Source: Octopus sinensis (lineage: Eukaryota). Taken from it: 64,000 nt of DNA. Numbering within the stretch: position 1 is the stretch's first letter; each line of letters begins with the position of its first letter. The position numbers were made by a program, and so were the translations under genes. Shown one piece after another: positions 12,340-26,440 of the stretch. The notes under the pieces are model-generated. The model had not been told where the DNA came from and searched no databases. It worked only from the letters and a program-made list of their open reading frames with translations. The stretch is taken from NCBI RefSeq assembly GCF_006345805.1, contig NC_043002.1:58280001-58344000 (forward strand). The letters run 5' to 3'.

Positions 12340-14503
12340 TTTCTTAATTTGGATTTGGAAACACTGAAAGTAGGAACATACCCTTTTGGCGACTTAACAC
12401 CTCAGACGACCCGTTCAAACTGACAGTGCCAACAAATTCAAAATATGCAAGCGAAGAATTCCTGCTCTCCCCTTCCACCCACGTGGGCCAAACTAGCAAA
12501 CACCATATTTTAGCGGTGAAAACCGAGGCAATAAACAGAGAGAAATGAATTATAATTTCAACAATTTAGGGTAAAATTAATTAGTTATTAATCAATTTCA
12601 CCAAGTATTCAGTATGTAAAAGGACCATGGTAAAAGGACCAAGTATTCAGTATGTAAAAGGAATTGGTGAAATTGATTAATAACTAAGACACACACATAC
12701 ACACACACACACACATGTATATATATATACTTTTAAGGGACAGGAGATTGTCCCCATTCAACTAAAATTTATACTAAAGTTTATACAAAATAGCTTTCAA
12801 ACTGGATAGATTGCGATTATAAAGAGATTTGTGGGGAAAAGTTTTTCCGAGGGTTTGGAGAGAGGAGTGTCGGAAAAATGGAGATTCGAATGAAGAAGAC
12901 TACATAAGTTGGAATTTTTCTGTTTTCATGGTGATTTTTTCCATTGTTTTATTTTTTTTCTTCACCACAGCCTCAAAATGATGTGAGCGTGGGTGGGAGG
13001 GCATCTATTTTATGAAAAATGTTTTGAAATTTTTTGATCCTTTTTACTCTCCTCAAAATCCCACGCCGGACCAGTTTTGGCCAATTTTGTGGCACTTAAA
13101 AACTATGGGAGGAGCCGCTTCGATAAAAAAAAAAAAAAGAATGAAAAAGTAAATATTTCAAAGTAAAAGGTGTGCGATACAAGAAAGATTTGGCTGTTGT
13201 TTCTAGCAAATCCGAAAGCCACACTCCTCGTATTCACTCTCACATGTATTCACTCACATGTTTTTGATGTATTGATGTTTTCTTCCCCCAAGGCGGCGAG
13301 TTGGCAGAATCGTTAGCACTCCGGGCGAAATGCTTACCGTGTATATCGTTTGTCTTTACGTTCTGAATTCAAATTCCTCTAAGGTCGACTCTGCCTTTTA
13401 TTCTTTCGCGTCGATAAATTAAGTACCGGTTGCATACTGGCGTCGATCTAAAATACTCACCCCTCCCACAAAGTTTCGGGCCTTATTCCTAGAGTAGAAA
13501 AGAATATTTTCCTCTCACGCAACACATTTTATGGAATGATGATGCCAAAGTAACGCACGCCTAATCCTTTGGTGGGATTGATGGGACAAAAAACAATAAT
13601 AATAATAATAATAATTAAAATTTCTACCCCAACCTCAATCAAGCGAGGCGTGTGTGTTTGTAGGAACAAATATTTTCTTCTAGAAAAGTATGCTTTTAAA
13701 AAGAAATTATCTTTTTACATACCTCGTATTTTAAAAGAAATCAGTGTGGATAAATGGCATCGATGACCTTCTGAGGTTCTTCAATATTTTAAATTATAAG
13801 CAGATACAATAGGGTTCGGGAAGTGGGGTTGAAAAATATAAATTCTCAATTTTTTTTTTAACATAAATATATTTATGGTGAGAAAAAGATTTTGACAGAT
13901 ATCAATGCATGCGAGATTGAGAAAGAAACGGAGAAGGTTGTCTTGGGATGTGCTAGAAACAACAGCCAAATCTGCCGTAGATCGGATACATTTTGCTCTG
14001 AAAATATCTATAATTTTTTTATTTTGCCCCAAAGATTCCTCCCATAGATTTTAAGTGCAGAAAAAAGAAGAAGAAATTGGCCAAAACGTGTCTGGAGGGG
14101 GAAGAGAAGATGAGCGGGTACTTTTTCAAGTGTATGTGTGTGTATATGCATACATACACACACACACATATACGCTAACAGATTTACCCGGCGTTTCCCA
14201 GGTTCAAGATAATAATGAGATTTTATTCAAAAATTTGAAATACTCTTTTCTCCCTGATTTGGGATTTTTTATTCGCATCCACAGCAACCCCTGCTGCTAA
14301 CCGTCAACTATAGAATAACTATCTCAGTTTATCATACTTCGATATAGGAAAAATTTACAATCTTCTACGGACTAGTCTTAGCTTACTAACTTCCTCCGCC
14401 TTGGTCCTTGGATGTTACCTTTACATATCATTATATATTGTGTGTGAGCCTGTGTGTGTGTGTGTGTGTGTGTATCAATATACATACATGAATATATATA
14501 TAT

Positions 14504-16677
14504 AAATATAACAATTTAGGAGTGACCCAAACAGGTCACTCGTCCACCAGAAAGAGCAGCCATAACTCACACCGCCAAGTAGTAGTAATTCAGAAATTAG
14601 GTGAAAATTTAAAAACATTTACCCTAATTCATCTTTTAGACGTTGCAACGTTTCTGTGTCATTAATGATTAAATTAGCTTAATTAAATTAAATTAAGCTA
14701 ATCTACCATAGGTTACACTTCATCAGTAAAAAACCTGGGAGAGACAAATATACACGAGGCGTCTGTATCGATGCCTACGGAATATCTGTCTTAAAATTTT
14801 CAAGACTGACGTATTCGCGCCAAACTTATCAGCAGTAAATATAAACTGCCGATTCAATCTCAGAATTATTCAGAAAATTATCAATTAGTCAATTTAGGGT
14901 AGCAAAAAAAATCAATAGAAATTTATCGCTACCAGCGGCCTGGTGGAAAAGAGAAAATAGTCATCGACTAAATATATAAATATAACAATTTAGGAGTGAC
15001 CCTAACAGGTCACTCGTCCACCAGAAAGAACAGCCATAACTCACACCGCCAAGTAGTAGTAATTCAGAAATTAGGTGAAAATTTAAAAACATTTACCCTA
15101 ATTCATCTTTTAGATGTTGCAACGTTTCTGTGTCATTAATGATTAAATTAGCTTAATTAAATTAAATTAAGCTAATCTACCATAGGTTACACTTCATCAG
15201 TAAAAAACCTGGAGAGACAAATATACACGAGGCGTCTGTATCGATGCCTACGGAATATCTGTCTTAAAATTTTCAAGACTGACTGACGTATTCGCGCCAA
15301 ACTTATCAGCAGTAAATATAAACTGCCGATTCAATCTCAGAATTATTCAGAAAATTATCAATTAGTCAATTTAGGGTAGCAAAAAAATTCAATAGAAATT
15401 TATCGCTACCAGCGGCCTGGTGGAAAAGAGAAAATAGTCATCGACTAAATATATAAATATAACAATTTAGGAGTGACCCTAACAGGTCACTCGTTCCACC
15501 AGAAAGAGCAGCCATAACTCACACCGCCAAGTAGTAGTAATTCAGAAATTAGGTGAAAATTTAAAAACATTTACCCTAATTCATCTTTTAGACGTTGCAA
15601 CGTTTCTGTGTCATTAATGATTAAATTAGCTTAATTAAATTAAATTAAGCTAATCTACCATAGGTTACACTTCATCAGTAAAAAACCTGGGAGAGACAAA
15701 TACACGAGGCGTCTGTATCGATGCCTACGGAATATCTGTCTTAAAATTTTCAAGACTGACGTATTCGCGCCAAACTTATCAGCAGTAAATATAAACTGCC
15801 GATTCAATCTCAGAATTATTCAGAAAATTATCAATTAGTCAATTTAGGGTAGCAAAAAAATTCAATAGAAATTTATCGCTACCAGCGCCTGGTGGAAAAG
15901 AAAAATAGTCATCGACTAAATATATAAATATAACAATTTAGGAGTGACCCTAACAGGTCACTCGTCCACCAGAAAGAGCAGCCATAACTCACACCGCCAG
16001 TAGTAGTAATTCAGAAATTAGGTGAAAATTTAAAAACATTTACCCTAATTCATCTTTTAGACGTTGCAACGTTTCTGTGTCATTAATGATTAAATTAGCT
16101 TAATTAAATTAAATTAAGCTAATCTACCATAGGTTACACTTCATCAGTAAAAAACCTGGGAGAGACAAATATACACGAGGCGTCTGTATCGATGCCTACG
16201 GAATATCTGTCTTAAAATTTTCAAGACGTATTCGCGCCAAACTTATCAGCAGTAAATATAAACTGCCGATTCAATCTCAGAATTATTCAGAAAATTATCA
16301 ATTAGTCAATTTAGGGTAGCAAAAAAATTCAATAGAAATTTATCGCTACCAGCGGCCAGGTTTTTTACTGATGAAGTGTAACCTATGGTAGATTAGCTTA
16401 ATTTAATTTAATTAAGCTAATTTAATCATTAATGACACAGAAACGTTGCAACGTCTAAAAGATGAATTAGGGTAAATGTTTTTAAATTTTCACCTAATTT
16501 CTGAATACTACTACTTGGCGGTGTGAGTTATGGCTGCTCTTTCTGGTGGACGAGTGACCTGTTAGGGTCACTCCTAAATTGTTATATTTATATATTTAGT
16601 CGATGACTATTTTCTCTTTTCCACCAGGCCGCTGGTAGCGATAAATTTCTATTGAATTTTTTTGCTACCCTAAATTT
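14504..16677 (-). mobile_element. Retrozyme/Penelope-like tandem array: ~3.9 head-to-tail ~474-bp units plus one inverted partial unit
   Basis: Anchor ggagtgacc at 14519, 14993, 15470, 15941 (periods 474, 477, 471); near-identical units; inversion junction at ~16357; inverted part to ~16677; one hammerhead per unit. Confidence 0.85.
16363..16460 (+). ncRNA. Type I hammerhead ribozyme motif of the array (four more copies on - strand, first at 14634-14731)
   Basis: tttta-CUGAUGA(16368-74)-agtgt...acaca-GAAAC-guugcaac-GUC(16453-55)-taaaa; palindromic stem III cgttgcaacg; A.A at the base of stem II. Confidence 0.75.
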
Positions 16678-16709
16678 AATAGCATACTTTTCTAGTAGAA
16701 AGTATTTGT

Positions 16710-16745
<36 letters not shown>

Positions 16746-17677
16746 CCTCGCTTGACTGAGGTCGAGGTAAAAAATTTTAATTAAAATATTTCTTTTTTTT
16801 TTTTTGTCCTTCTATCCCACAAATGGATCAGGCGTGTGCAACTTCGGCGTCATCATTCCATAAAGTGTGTTGACTGAGAAGAAAATATTGTAAAAAACAT
16901 CGATACATATGAGAGTGATTATGAGGAGGGTGGTCTACGGATGTGATAGAAACAACAGCCAAATCTTTCTTGTATCGCACACCTTTTTCTTTGAAATATT
17001 TACATTTTTATTTTTTATTTTTTAATGTTTACCGAAACGGCTCCTCCCATAGTTTTTAAGTGCCACAAAATTGGCCAAAACTGGTCCGGCGTGGGATGGT
17101 ATGGAGTGAAAAAAATGATCAAAACATTTCAAAACATTTTTTTCATAAAAAGATGCCCTCCCACCCACTTTTCCCCACAAATCTCTTTATAATCGCAATC
17201 TATCCAGTTTGAAAGCTATTTTGTATAAACTTTCATAAAAACATACTCATTTTCTTGAAAGTTATGAGGGAAAAGAGTCGGGTCGTGTGAATTTTCCGAA
17301 ACTCCTCTCCCCGCTCACTCGAAAACTTCTTTACCATAAATCCCTATGTGCTCTGAATCCACATATCTACGCGAGATTTGTTGAAGGTTTCGTTTATAAG
17401 AATCCACTTTTCTACTATTTATGATGCAACAATATTCGTGGGGTACAAATCTATAGTTATGCCTAAATATATAATTGCTTGAGAGTACGTCTGATGTCAT
17501 TTGGCTGCCATTTCTAGCAACGGCGCTGACCATTGCAGAAGTTGTTTCCTGTTTCTTCCCATTAAGTCAACTCACTAAGAACAGCACGTAACACATACAT
17601 ACTATATTAACTTCCGGTTATTTTTCGTAAATGATCAAATTTTAGTTTAATGGGGACAATCTCCTGTCCCTTAGAAG

Positions 17678-17712
<35 letters not shown>

Positions 17713-18606
17713 ATCTCTGTGTGTGTGTCTGTGTGTGTGTGTGTCTGTGCGTGTGTGTCTTAGGATGTGCTCGCAACAACAACCAAATCTCCCATAAATC
17801 AGACACTTTTTCCTCAGAAAATATTTACATTTTTTTTCTTTTTACAAATTCGGAAATTAATATAATAATAATAAGTAGAGGAAGAAGAAAATATTGTAAA
17901 AAAACATCAATATATATGAGAGTGATTATGAGGAGGGTGATCCTCGGATGTGCTGGAAACAACAGCAAATCTTCCATGTATCGCACACCTTTGCCTCTGA
18001 AATATTTACATTTTTTAATATTTTTTAACCGATACGGTTAAAGTTTTAAGTGCCAAAACATTGGCAAAAATCGGTCCGACGTGGGATGGTGAGGTGTAAA
18101 GAGATAGATAAAAAAAATTACCAAAACATTTTTTCATAAAAACATCCCTATCCCACGTCATTTTGAGGCTGTAGTGAAAAAAAAAAACAATGGGAAAAAC
18201 CCCAGGAAAAAAACAAGGGGAAAATCCCCATGAAAGCAGATGTACGATGTATGGGTATTGAACCCCTACATATCGTACATCTATCTTCTTTCCTCCACCT
18301 CGCTCTCTATTTTGTATCACATCGAAACTAACTATGACTTATCTTTTACTCTCACACCGTCTCCTTAAGGGATACTATCAATTGATATCCTAGAAACAGC
18401 TGTAAGACCTTCTATCTATCAATGCTCTAATATACTGCCTTGGTTTTTTATCTTATTACGCAAAAAATTCTTATATATATACACACGCTGACATAGAACC
18501 AACGTTGAACCCTTTATTCGCAATATTACCGAATCTGGAACTTAACTGTGGTATGTCTATAGCACTTATTCAGCATTTCCTGACACCTTTGGTCTCAATG
18601 ATACCA

Positions 18607-18671
<65 letters not shown>

Positions 18672-19979
18672 GTTAGAGAAAGTGAGGTGAGAGAGGCATA
18701 ACTACAGATATGTGCCCCACAGATTTTGTTGCCTCATAAATTCCAGAAAAATGGATTCTTTGAACGAAATTTTCAACAAATCGCGCGCGAAGGTGCTGTA
18801 GATTCAGAGTATATAGAGTTTTGTGGCAGAGAACTTTTCCGAGTGGGTGACGAGGCGAGTTTCGGAAAATTCACACGACCCGACGTTTTTCCCTCATAAC
18901 TTTCAAGAAAATGGGTATTTTTAATGAAACATTTTACAAATACCTTTCAAACTGCATAGATTATGATTATAAAGAAATTTGTGGGGAAAGTTTTTTCTTA
19001 GGGTTTGGAGAGGGGATTGTCAGAAAAACGGGGATTCGAATGAAGAAGACTACATATGTAGGAATTTTCCCGTTTTCATGGAGCTTTTCCAATTTTTTTC
19101 CACCGCAGCCTCAAAATGATGTGGGCGGGGGTCATCTTTTTATGAAAAAATGTTCTGAAAATTTTTGATCTTTCTTTTCCCTCCTCACCATCCTACGTCG
19201 GACCGATTTTGGCCAATTTTGTGGCACTTAAAAACCGTAGGTGGGGCTGTTTCGGTAAAAAGAAAAAAAAATGTAAATATTTCAGACAAAAAGGAGTACG
19301 ATTCAAAGAAAATTTGGCTGTTGTTTCTAGCACATCCGACGACCACCGTCCTCGTATACACTCTCACATGTATTGATGTTTTTATCAATATTTTCGTCCC
19401 AGTCAACACATTTTATGGAATGATGATGGCGAAGTAACACAGGCGTGGTCCATTGGTGGAAAAGAAGCAACAAAAAATATTTGTAATTCAAAATCAGTTT
19501 CAGATAATTTAGATTATCAATCATCTGAATCCTCATCGTCGATCAGTGATGGTCCATCAACACCACACAAATTCTTTCGTGGCAGTCAGGTATTTCTGAA
19601 GATATTTGTAATAGAACCCATCCCATATTTATTTTATTTTCTACAAATGGAATCAATTTCTTTTTTTTTTTTTAATTTTTATGTGTAATTCTTGAAGTGA
19701 ACTCGTGTGCTGGAACAAATATTGTTTTATCTTGGAAGGGTCAGTCTGCCAATAATAAACACACACACTAGTTCGATTTCACGTCTTTATTTAGCAAAGT
19801 TTATTTTTAGAGTGTTAGCAAAAGAAGAAATTTTTAGACATAAGGAAAAATGCTAGAAAAATGCCCTTGCCGACTCTGGGCACAAAGGTAAGTTAATATA
19901 TATCACTAAAAATGGGATAAAGGCGCATGTGAATACACTCTATGCTTCGAATCAAATAGTTATTGATAATATAAACATT

Positions 19980-20350
19980 CCTTTCTACTCAGGCACAAGG
20001 CCTGAAATTTGGGGGGAGGGTGTCAGTCGATTAGATCGACCTCAGTACGCAACTGGTACTTAATTTATCGACCCCGAAAGGATGAAAGCAAAGTCGACCT
20101 CGGCGGAATTTGAATTCAGAACGTAAAGACAGACGAAATACCTATTTCTTTATTACCCACAAGGGGCTAAACATAGAGGGGACAAACAAGGACAGACATA
20201 GGTATTAAGTCGATTATATCGACCCCAGAGCGTAACTGGTACTTAATTTATCGACCCCGAAGGATGAAAGGCAAAGTTGACCTCGGCGGAATTTGAACTC
20301 ACAACGTAACGACAGACGAAATACCGCTAACGTTTCTGTCAGTTCACCAC
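19980..20350 (-). mobile_element. tRNA-derived SINE (abundant family; other copies ~13290-13500, 23900-24110, 30440-30680, 32650-32860, 37810-38210, 42640-42770, 46620-46830, 51580-51975)
   Basis: Recurrent core ttcaaattccgccgaggtcgactttgcctttcatcctttcggggtcgat...aagtaccagtt; some copies have A-box/B-box-like 5' ends (ggcggcgagctggcagaa, gagttcaaatt). Confidence 0.8.
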
Positions 20351-21099
20351 CTATAATAATATATTAAATGTGAAATGAAGAATCATGACAAGGTTATTGT
20401 GACTTCATCTCACCATTCCAAGAATTAATATTATAAGAATAGTGGCATAAGAAGTAAAGATGCAAGTATAAGCAAACACAGTGGCAAATGTCCTGGTAAA
20501 CCTCTTAGCAAAACATAATTCACAGAAAAATATGACAGCTACCAAAAATAATAATTACCCACACGAAAGAAAAAATAAATCGCGACTTTTGCTATGGCAT
20601 AATGCAGGCTTCACAAAGTAGCTAGTAAGAAATATAAAGTTTTCGTCGCATTAGATAAGCACTTTTCACCATTTAAGTATAGCCAATTTTTTTATTATCA
20701 CACAAATGAGTTTGCATATTCCACTTGCAATAACCTTGCTCAAATCGTTGCGGCACACAGTATTACAAGGACCAGAGAATTCAAAGATTAGAACATAGTA
20801 AAAGCAGATAATAAAAATCTAATATTATGAGTAATTGTACGACAGGTGATAATAGCAACGATTCACATGTAGCGGATTATAAACGCCTGACAGGTTAATA
20901 ATGCGAGCGAAAGCGATAATGAGCCTGCGATAGATAGAGCAAGGGAGATAATCTGGTACCATACCAAATTCATTAAAATTAACTGTAGTGAAAATAGAAT
21001 TGAGTATACACAGAGTCTAGTGTAGAACCAACCTATTACATAGTTGTGGGGTAATAAGTAACATTATAGACGAGATGCCTAATTCTCCTGCTAGTAGCA

Positions 21100-21540
21100 G
21101 GCATGGGGTTAATCTCATCAAATATCTTTGTAGCTATCAGAACAAAAGGTGTCCACTTGATGGACAATGTTTGAGCCAAAACACAATTTGCAGGTGTATT
21201 GTTACATCAGATGGAATTTTTCATTATTACATTGGGTCATGTTCTACTAGCTTTAAGAACAGACTTAGTAACCACTTATTTTCTTTCAAGAATTAAGATA
21301 GGCTCTATAGTACACGCCTGAGTGACCTTATCTGGTCTTTAAAAAATTAAGAACACAAAATCTGATATTAAATGGGAAATAATTGGTAGGGTATTTACCT
21401 TAAAAAATTGGGAGCTCTCAATGTATTTTACTCTTAGAGGAAATTTTCAATATTTTCAATTCTAGATACAAGTTATTGAATAATAGACCTGATGTGGTCC
21501 CGAAATGCTTCCATTCTTACAGGGAAGTGTAAGGAAGTGT
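21100..21540 (+). pseudogene. Penelope-like element GIY-YIG endonuclease fragment
   Basis: CPLDGQCLSQNTICRCIVT...YYIGSCSTSFKNRLSNHLFSFKN*...LSDLIWSLK...WEIIGR, the GIY-YIG layout typical of PLE ORF ends; interrupted by stops. Confidence 0.8.
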
Positions 21541-23264
21541 AAGACAAATAAGAAATTTCAGTAAGATATTACTTACGTGAAGTACACTAATAATTTACCT
21601 GGACAAAATTCGTAGTTTTATTATGGTTAACTTTTAATAATCTGACGGCAAACCTCACACATTTTTGATTTTCTTACCTTTATTTTGTTACTTTTCATCT
21701 TCAATTCTCATCACTCTTAATTCCTCGTATTTACCCATAAAATTCTTTCTATCTTTATGGTCTGTGGGCGAAGCAGATCTTCGTCTTGTGAGGGCTTCCC
21801 CTTCTACTAATCCTTTTTTTTCTTTTGTCTTTAAATATTTCCAATACAAAAACTTTTAATATGACATCACTCGCATAACAATATACGAAAAAATTGCTTC
21901 GATTATAATTGTAGACTTACCATAGTTAGATTTTATCAATCTAAATGTTTATTCCAACCCTCTTTTGTTCAATTCCTTATATTTCCTACAGCTCTAACTC
22001 TCTAAATTACTCTTTATCCATTTCTCCTGAAAATTCTTTCTATCTGTACCATATGTAGTCTGTGGGAAAAACATTTCTTTACCTAGTTAACACTTCTCTG
22101 AATACTAAGTCTATTGCTATGATATTTAAAACCTTTGGGTCATTCTAGGCTTAAAAGACAACAGACCTTATTGACACACCGTATTCCACAACAATTTCCA
22201 CTATCTTCTACACTAAACACACACATACCCCCACCTAAATTATACCTAAAATAAAAATATCAAACACCGAAATCTTCGATTAGCTTCAAATGCCCTTAGT
22301 GCTAACACTTAGAATGAACATGCACTGATACGTATAAGCGTGACTGAAGTTATGATGCAATTGAACAAACAGGATGCAACACAATGCCACATCCTAGGAT
22401 ATCTATGCCATAGAAATAGGTGTTGGACGTAATTATAAAGTGAATAATTTGTGTATAATACTGTAATAAACAAGCTTTTGAGGATGTAAAATTCTCCGTT
22501 CTTATTTTTAATGTCTTGAATATACACTTTGTATACTATATAAAATCCATACATGTCTGTGTGTGTGTCACTGTGTCTTTGCTTATAATCCCGCCCATCG
22601 CTCGACAACCGATGTCGGTTTGTTTACATCCCCTTACTTAACGTTCGATAAGAGAGACCTCTCGAGTTAAAATCAAACTAAAAGAAAATATAAGTACTGC
22701 AATCAATTTGTTCGACAAAAAAAGAAAACAGTCATCGCGGTGCCCCAGCATGGCCAGAGTCCAATAGCTGAAAGATAATAAAAGATAAAAGATAAATGAC
22801 ACCTTATAGCTTTTGGAATTTGGGGATTACTAAAAATTATGGAAATATGTTTTATACATGCTTCTTACTTGATAAACTAATGAAATAAAACATAAAATAT
22901 TGGAGTAAATACAATCTATCTTTTTAAATACCTGCCGGATTCCATATTACATGAGACAAATTATAGAATTCTTTTCTACTCTAGACACAAGGCCCGAAAG
23001 AAGCCAATTTTATTTCTAAACTAATGACCGCCATCCAAAACGGTTTTCTGCTAGTCACTAAATAATATTTACACACTTGATTTCCAATTTGTGTAACTTT
23101 AATACTGTGATACATCTAATTTTCCTTTGTATTCTTTATTCATCTGATAATAGTCACTCACTCAAATAAATTTATAATACCAAGCACTCAATGACTGTGG
23201 TGGCCATCATGTCAAAGAACAGAGCCACGTTTCTTTTGCGTGACGTAAAACGCGACTAAAAGAC

Positions 23265-23825
23265 GTTGAGGTAATGGTTTACACTCCGACTTCGTAAAGC
23301 CCTCACCAGCAACAACTATTTAAAACAGACCCATGGCTTGAAGGGTTTGCACTCCGACCTCATAAAGCGCTCGTCAGAAACAACTACATAAAACAGATCC
23401 ATGAGTCGAATGGTTTGCACTCCGACCTGGTGAAACCCTTGCCGGCAATAATTACATTAAACAGACCCGTGAGTTGCGGGTTTTCACTCCTACCTCGTAA
23501 AGTCCTCACCAGCAACAACTACACAAAACAGACCCATGAGTCGAAGAGTTTGCACTCGGAACTGGTGAAGCCCTCGGCAACAACAACTACACAAAACAGA
23601 CTCATAAGTTGAAGGTTTGAAGTCCGACCTGGTGAAGCCTCGCCAGCAACAACTACATAAAACAGACCCGTGGGTTGAAGGATCTGCACTCCGACCTGGT
23701 GACGCCCTCGCCAACAACAACTACACGAAATAGACACATGAGTCGAAGGGTTTGAACTTCTATTCTGTAAAGCCCTCGCCAGCAACAGCTACACAAAACA
23801 GACCCATGGGTTGAAAGGTTGTCGT
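23265..23825. repeat. ~68-bp minisatellite, about 8 diverged copies
   Basis: aaacagac-like anchor at 23326, 23394, 23462, 23529, 23597, 23663, 23731, 23799. Confidence 0.9.
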
Positions 23826-25133
23826 CGGAGTGGTGCAACGGTGTCATACGTCAGGAGTTGAAGATAACCAACAACGGGTGGATTCAACGACAGCATTAGA
23901 ATTTGACAGAATCGTTTGCTCGCTGGACGTAATGCTTAGCAGCATTTCGCCCGCCGCTACGTTCTGAGTTCAAATTCCGCCGAGGTCGACTTTGCTTTTC
24001 ATCCTTTCGGAGTCGATAAATAAAGTACCAGTTGTGTATGGGATCGATGTAATCGACTTGGCCCCTCCCACCAAATTTCTGGCCTCGTGCCTATAGTAGA
24101 AAGGATTAGGTCAACTTAGCCACGTAAAACTTCTCAGATTATCATTTTCATTAACATCCAACAAATATGAAAGGATTCTAGACTCAACATGATTCGTCTG
24201 GCACTGGATTAATCTAATAATTTGAAGAAGCGTTTTTATTGATATGCCTGCAAAAAGTCGCGTTGCAAAGACTTTTCCAGGATAAGTATAAACAGGAGTG
24301 TCAACAGAAGCAAAAAAAAAGAGCTGTTTTGCAGTGTAAGATGACTTTGTCTCAGTGAATAAAGATTAGTTTTCTGATCGAATCGTGGAGTTAAAATCTT
24401 CAGAAATAAAAGAAATTTGAAAACAACATTTTGAGAAAAAAATATTAAAATTAGAATCTATAAGAAATTAATAATTGTTTTTTTTATATATATAAAACTT
24501 ACTCCAAATTGATCAATAAGCAACTTTCTCTTTTAAATAGTATTGATACTTTACTTGTTTGTTGGTTTTTTTCCCCCATTCAGCATAGCTGAGTGGTAAG
24601 TATTTCCTTTTCAACCACATTGTTCTTGGATCAGTCCCACTGAATGGTAACTTGCTCAAGTGTCTGCTACAATAGGCTCTGGCCGACTAAAGTCTTGTGA
24701 GTGAATTTGATAGACGGAAACTGAAAGATTTTTACAGTTCCAGTGATGGATTAGATCTCTGTCGCCACTCACTTCCACTTACCTTGCCTCTTGAGAGTCC
24801 ACCCTGACACCTCATCACCACTTTTTTAAATCTTTTTGTTTGTACTGTCCCGTACTACTGCTTGACAACCGGTGTTGTTTTGCTTAAGTTCCCGTGAGCT
24901 AACGGTTCGGCAAGGGAGAAGACAGAAGCACAAGTACTGGGGTTGATTCGTTCGACTAAAATCCTTAAAGGTGCTACTCCAGCATGACCGCAGTCTAATG
25001 ACTGAAACATGTAAAAGATCAAAGATGAAACTAAATATTTATTTTATCGGTGTCTTTTGTCGAACTGTTACGTTACGGGGAAGTAAACAAACAAACCAAG
25101 TGATGATGGGATACAAAACCACACACGCACATA

Positions 25134-25165
<32 letters not shown>

Positions 25166-25169
25166 GTGT

Positions 25170-25461
25170 TTGGTATACTTTTTACGCTTTGATACTGGTG
25201 ATACATTTCCATCTTCGGTCTCTAAGGCCTTACGAACTTTCAAGACGAAAGATCTGGTGACTTTTAAAAATCGACATATTTCTAAACCGCTCTGCTCAAC
25301 CTTTGTAGCCACATTAACAGCATTCCTCTTCGTTTCTTGACTAAGCTGAGGGTCTGCCATTATCATTTTCTGAAACAAAGATTATATAGAGTTAGCAAAA
25401 ATGCAGCAATGACCCAAAAGAAGGTATGTCCTCAGATACCTTACACACCCTGTGTGTGTGT
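25170..25461 (-). mobile_element. 5' fragment of a Tc1/mariner-superfamily transposon
   Basis: - strand starts cagggtgtg (TIR-like); reading frame ...TKRNAVNVA...EICRFLKVTRSFVLKVRK...VSKRKK resembles an N-terminal HTH; truncated by (GAT)n. Confidence 0.5.
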
Positions 25462-25473
25462 ATACATCTCTCC

Positions 25474-25512
<39 letters not shown>

Positions 25513-25718
25513 ATAATATATATATATATATATATATTATATATGGGTGTGTGTGTGTGTGTGTGTGGTGTGTGTGTGTGTGTGGTAATGGAATAAAAAC
25601 GCAATAGACCACAATAAAACATTCGGAAAGATAGACGATACAAAGGTGAACAGGAGAAACAATAATAAGAAGGACAGGCAAAAAAAGAGGGGGGTCATAT
25701 ATATATATATATACATAC

Positions 25719-25776
<58 letters not shown>

Positions 25777-26060
25777 TAATAATAATAATAATATTAGGGA
25801 GTAAATCCAAACTTACAGGGAAACTTAGATTTAGGATTAAATCTAATTTTATAGATAAATATATGTTATATTAAATTAGAGATAAAACCACTATTAGGCA
25901 AATCAAACAGTGAAAATCATAAGCCAATACATAGAATAATTAATTAAAAAAATATAAAATATGAAATAAAAAAATATATAAAATTCCAAATTAAAAATAT
26001 TTAAATTAAAGTAAAAATTTTAAAATTATCTAAATAATTTAACTTATAAATTTTAAATAT

Positions 26061-26102
<42 letters not shown>

Positions 26103-26141
26103 ATATATATAATATATATATATATTATATATATATATTAA

Positions 26142-26187
<46 letters not shown>

Positions 26188-26440
26188 TTATTTATTTATT
26201 AATTTTTTTTTCATATCTTTTTTTTATTTAAATAATAACTATCAAAAAGTATTAAAAGTTTAATATAAGATAAAGAGTAAAAAAACTACGATCGTTTCAT
26301 ACCCGTAACCAATTCGAATAACGATAATTTAAATTCAATTAATAATTCGAATTATGGTCAATCTTCAGGTTAATTGTAATATTTTAATAAATAATCAGAA
26401 ATATTTAAACAATATTTTTAAGAAATAAATAATATAATAC

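Larger units (their letters stand above)
12731..19500. repeat. Cluster of diverged partial copies of an unclassified ~1-kb dispersed repeat
   Basis: 12731-13700 (+) and 16678-17678 (-) are inverted homologues sharing the end ttaagggacaggagattgtcccc; further partial copies at about 13750-14120, 17760-18330 and 18690-19500. The span also contains unrelated insertions. Confidence 0.6.

Noticed and set aside
12731-17678. One large TIR transposon carrying the ribozyme array as cargo
   Set aside because: The inverted flanking copies are visibly far more diverged than the array units and belong to a family with other nearby copies; they are more likely independent insertions.
19506-19590. Ser-rich open stretch ending in cag|gtattt (possible exon)
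   Set aside because: The acceptor lacks a pyrimidine tract, the stretch adjoins a repeat copy, and no compatible exons were found.
23265-23825. CRISPR-like array
   Set aside because: Eukaryotic context; whole units diverge gradually, with no unique spacers and no cas genes.
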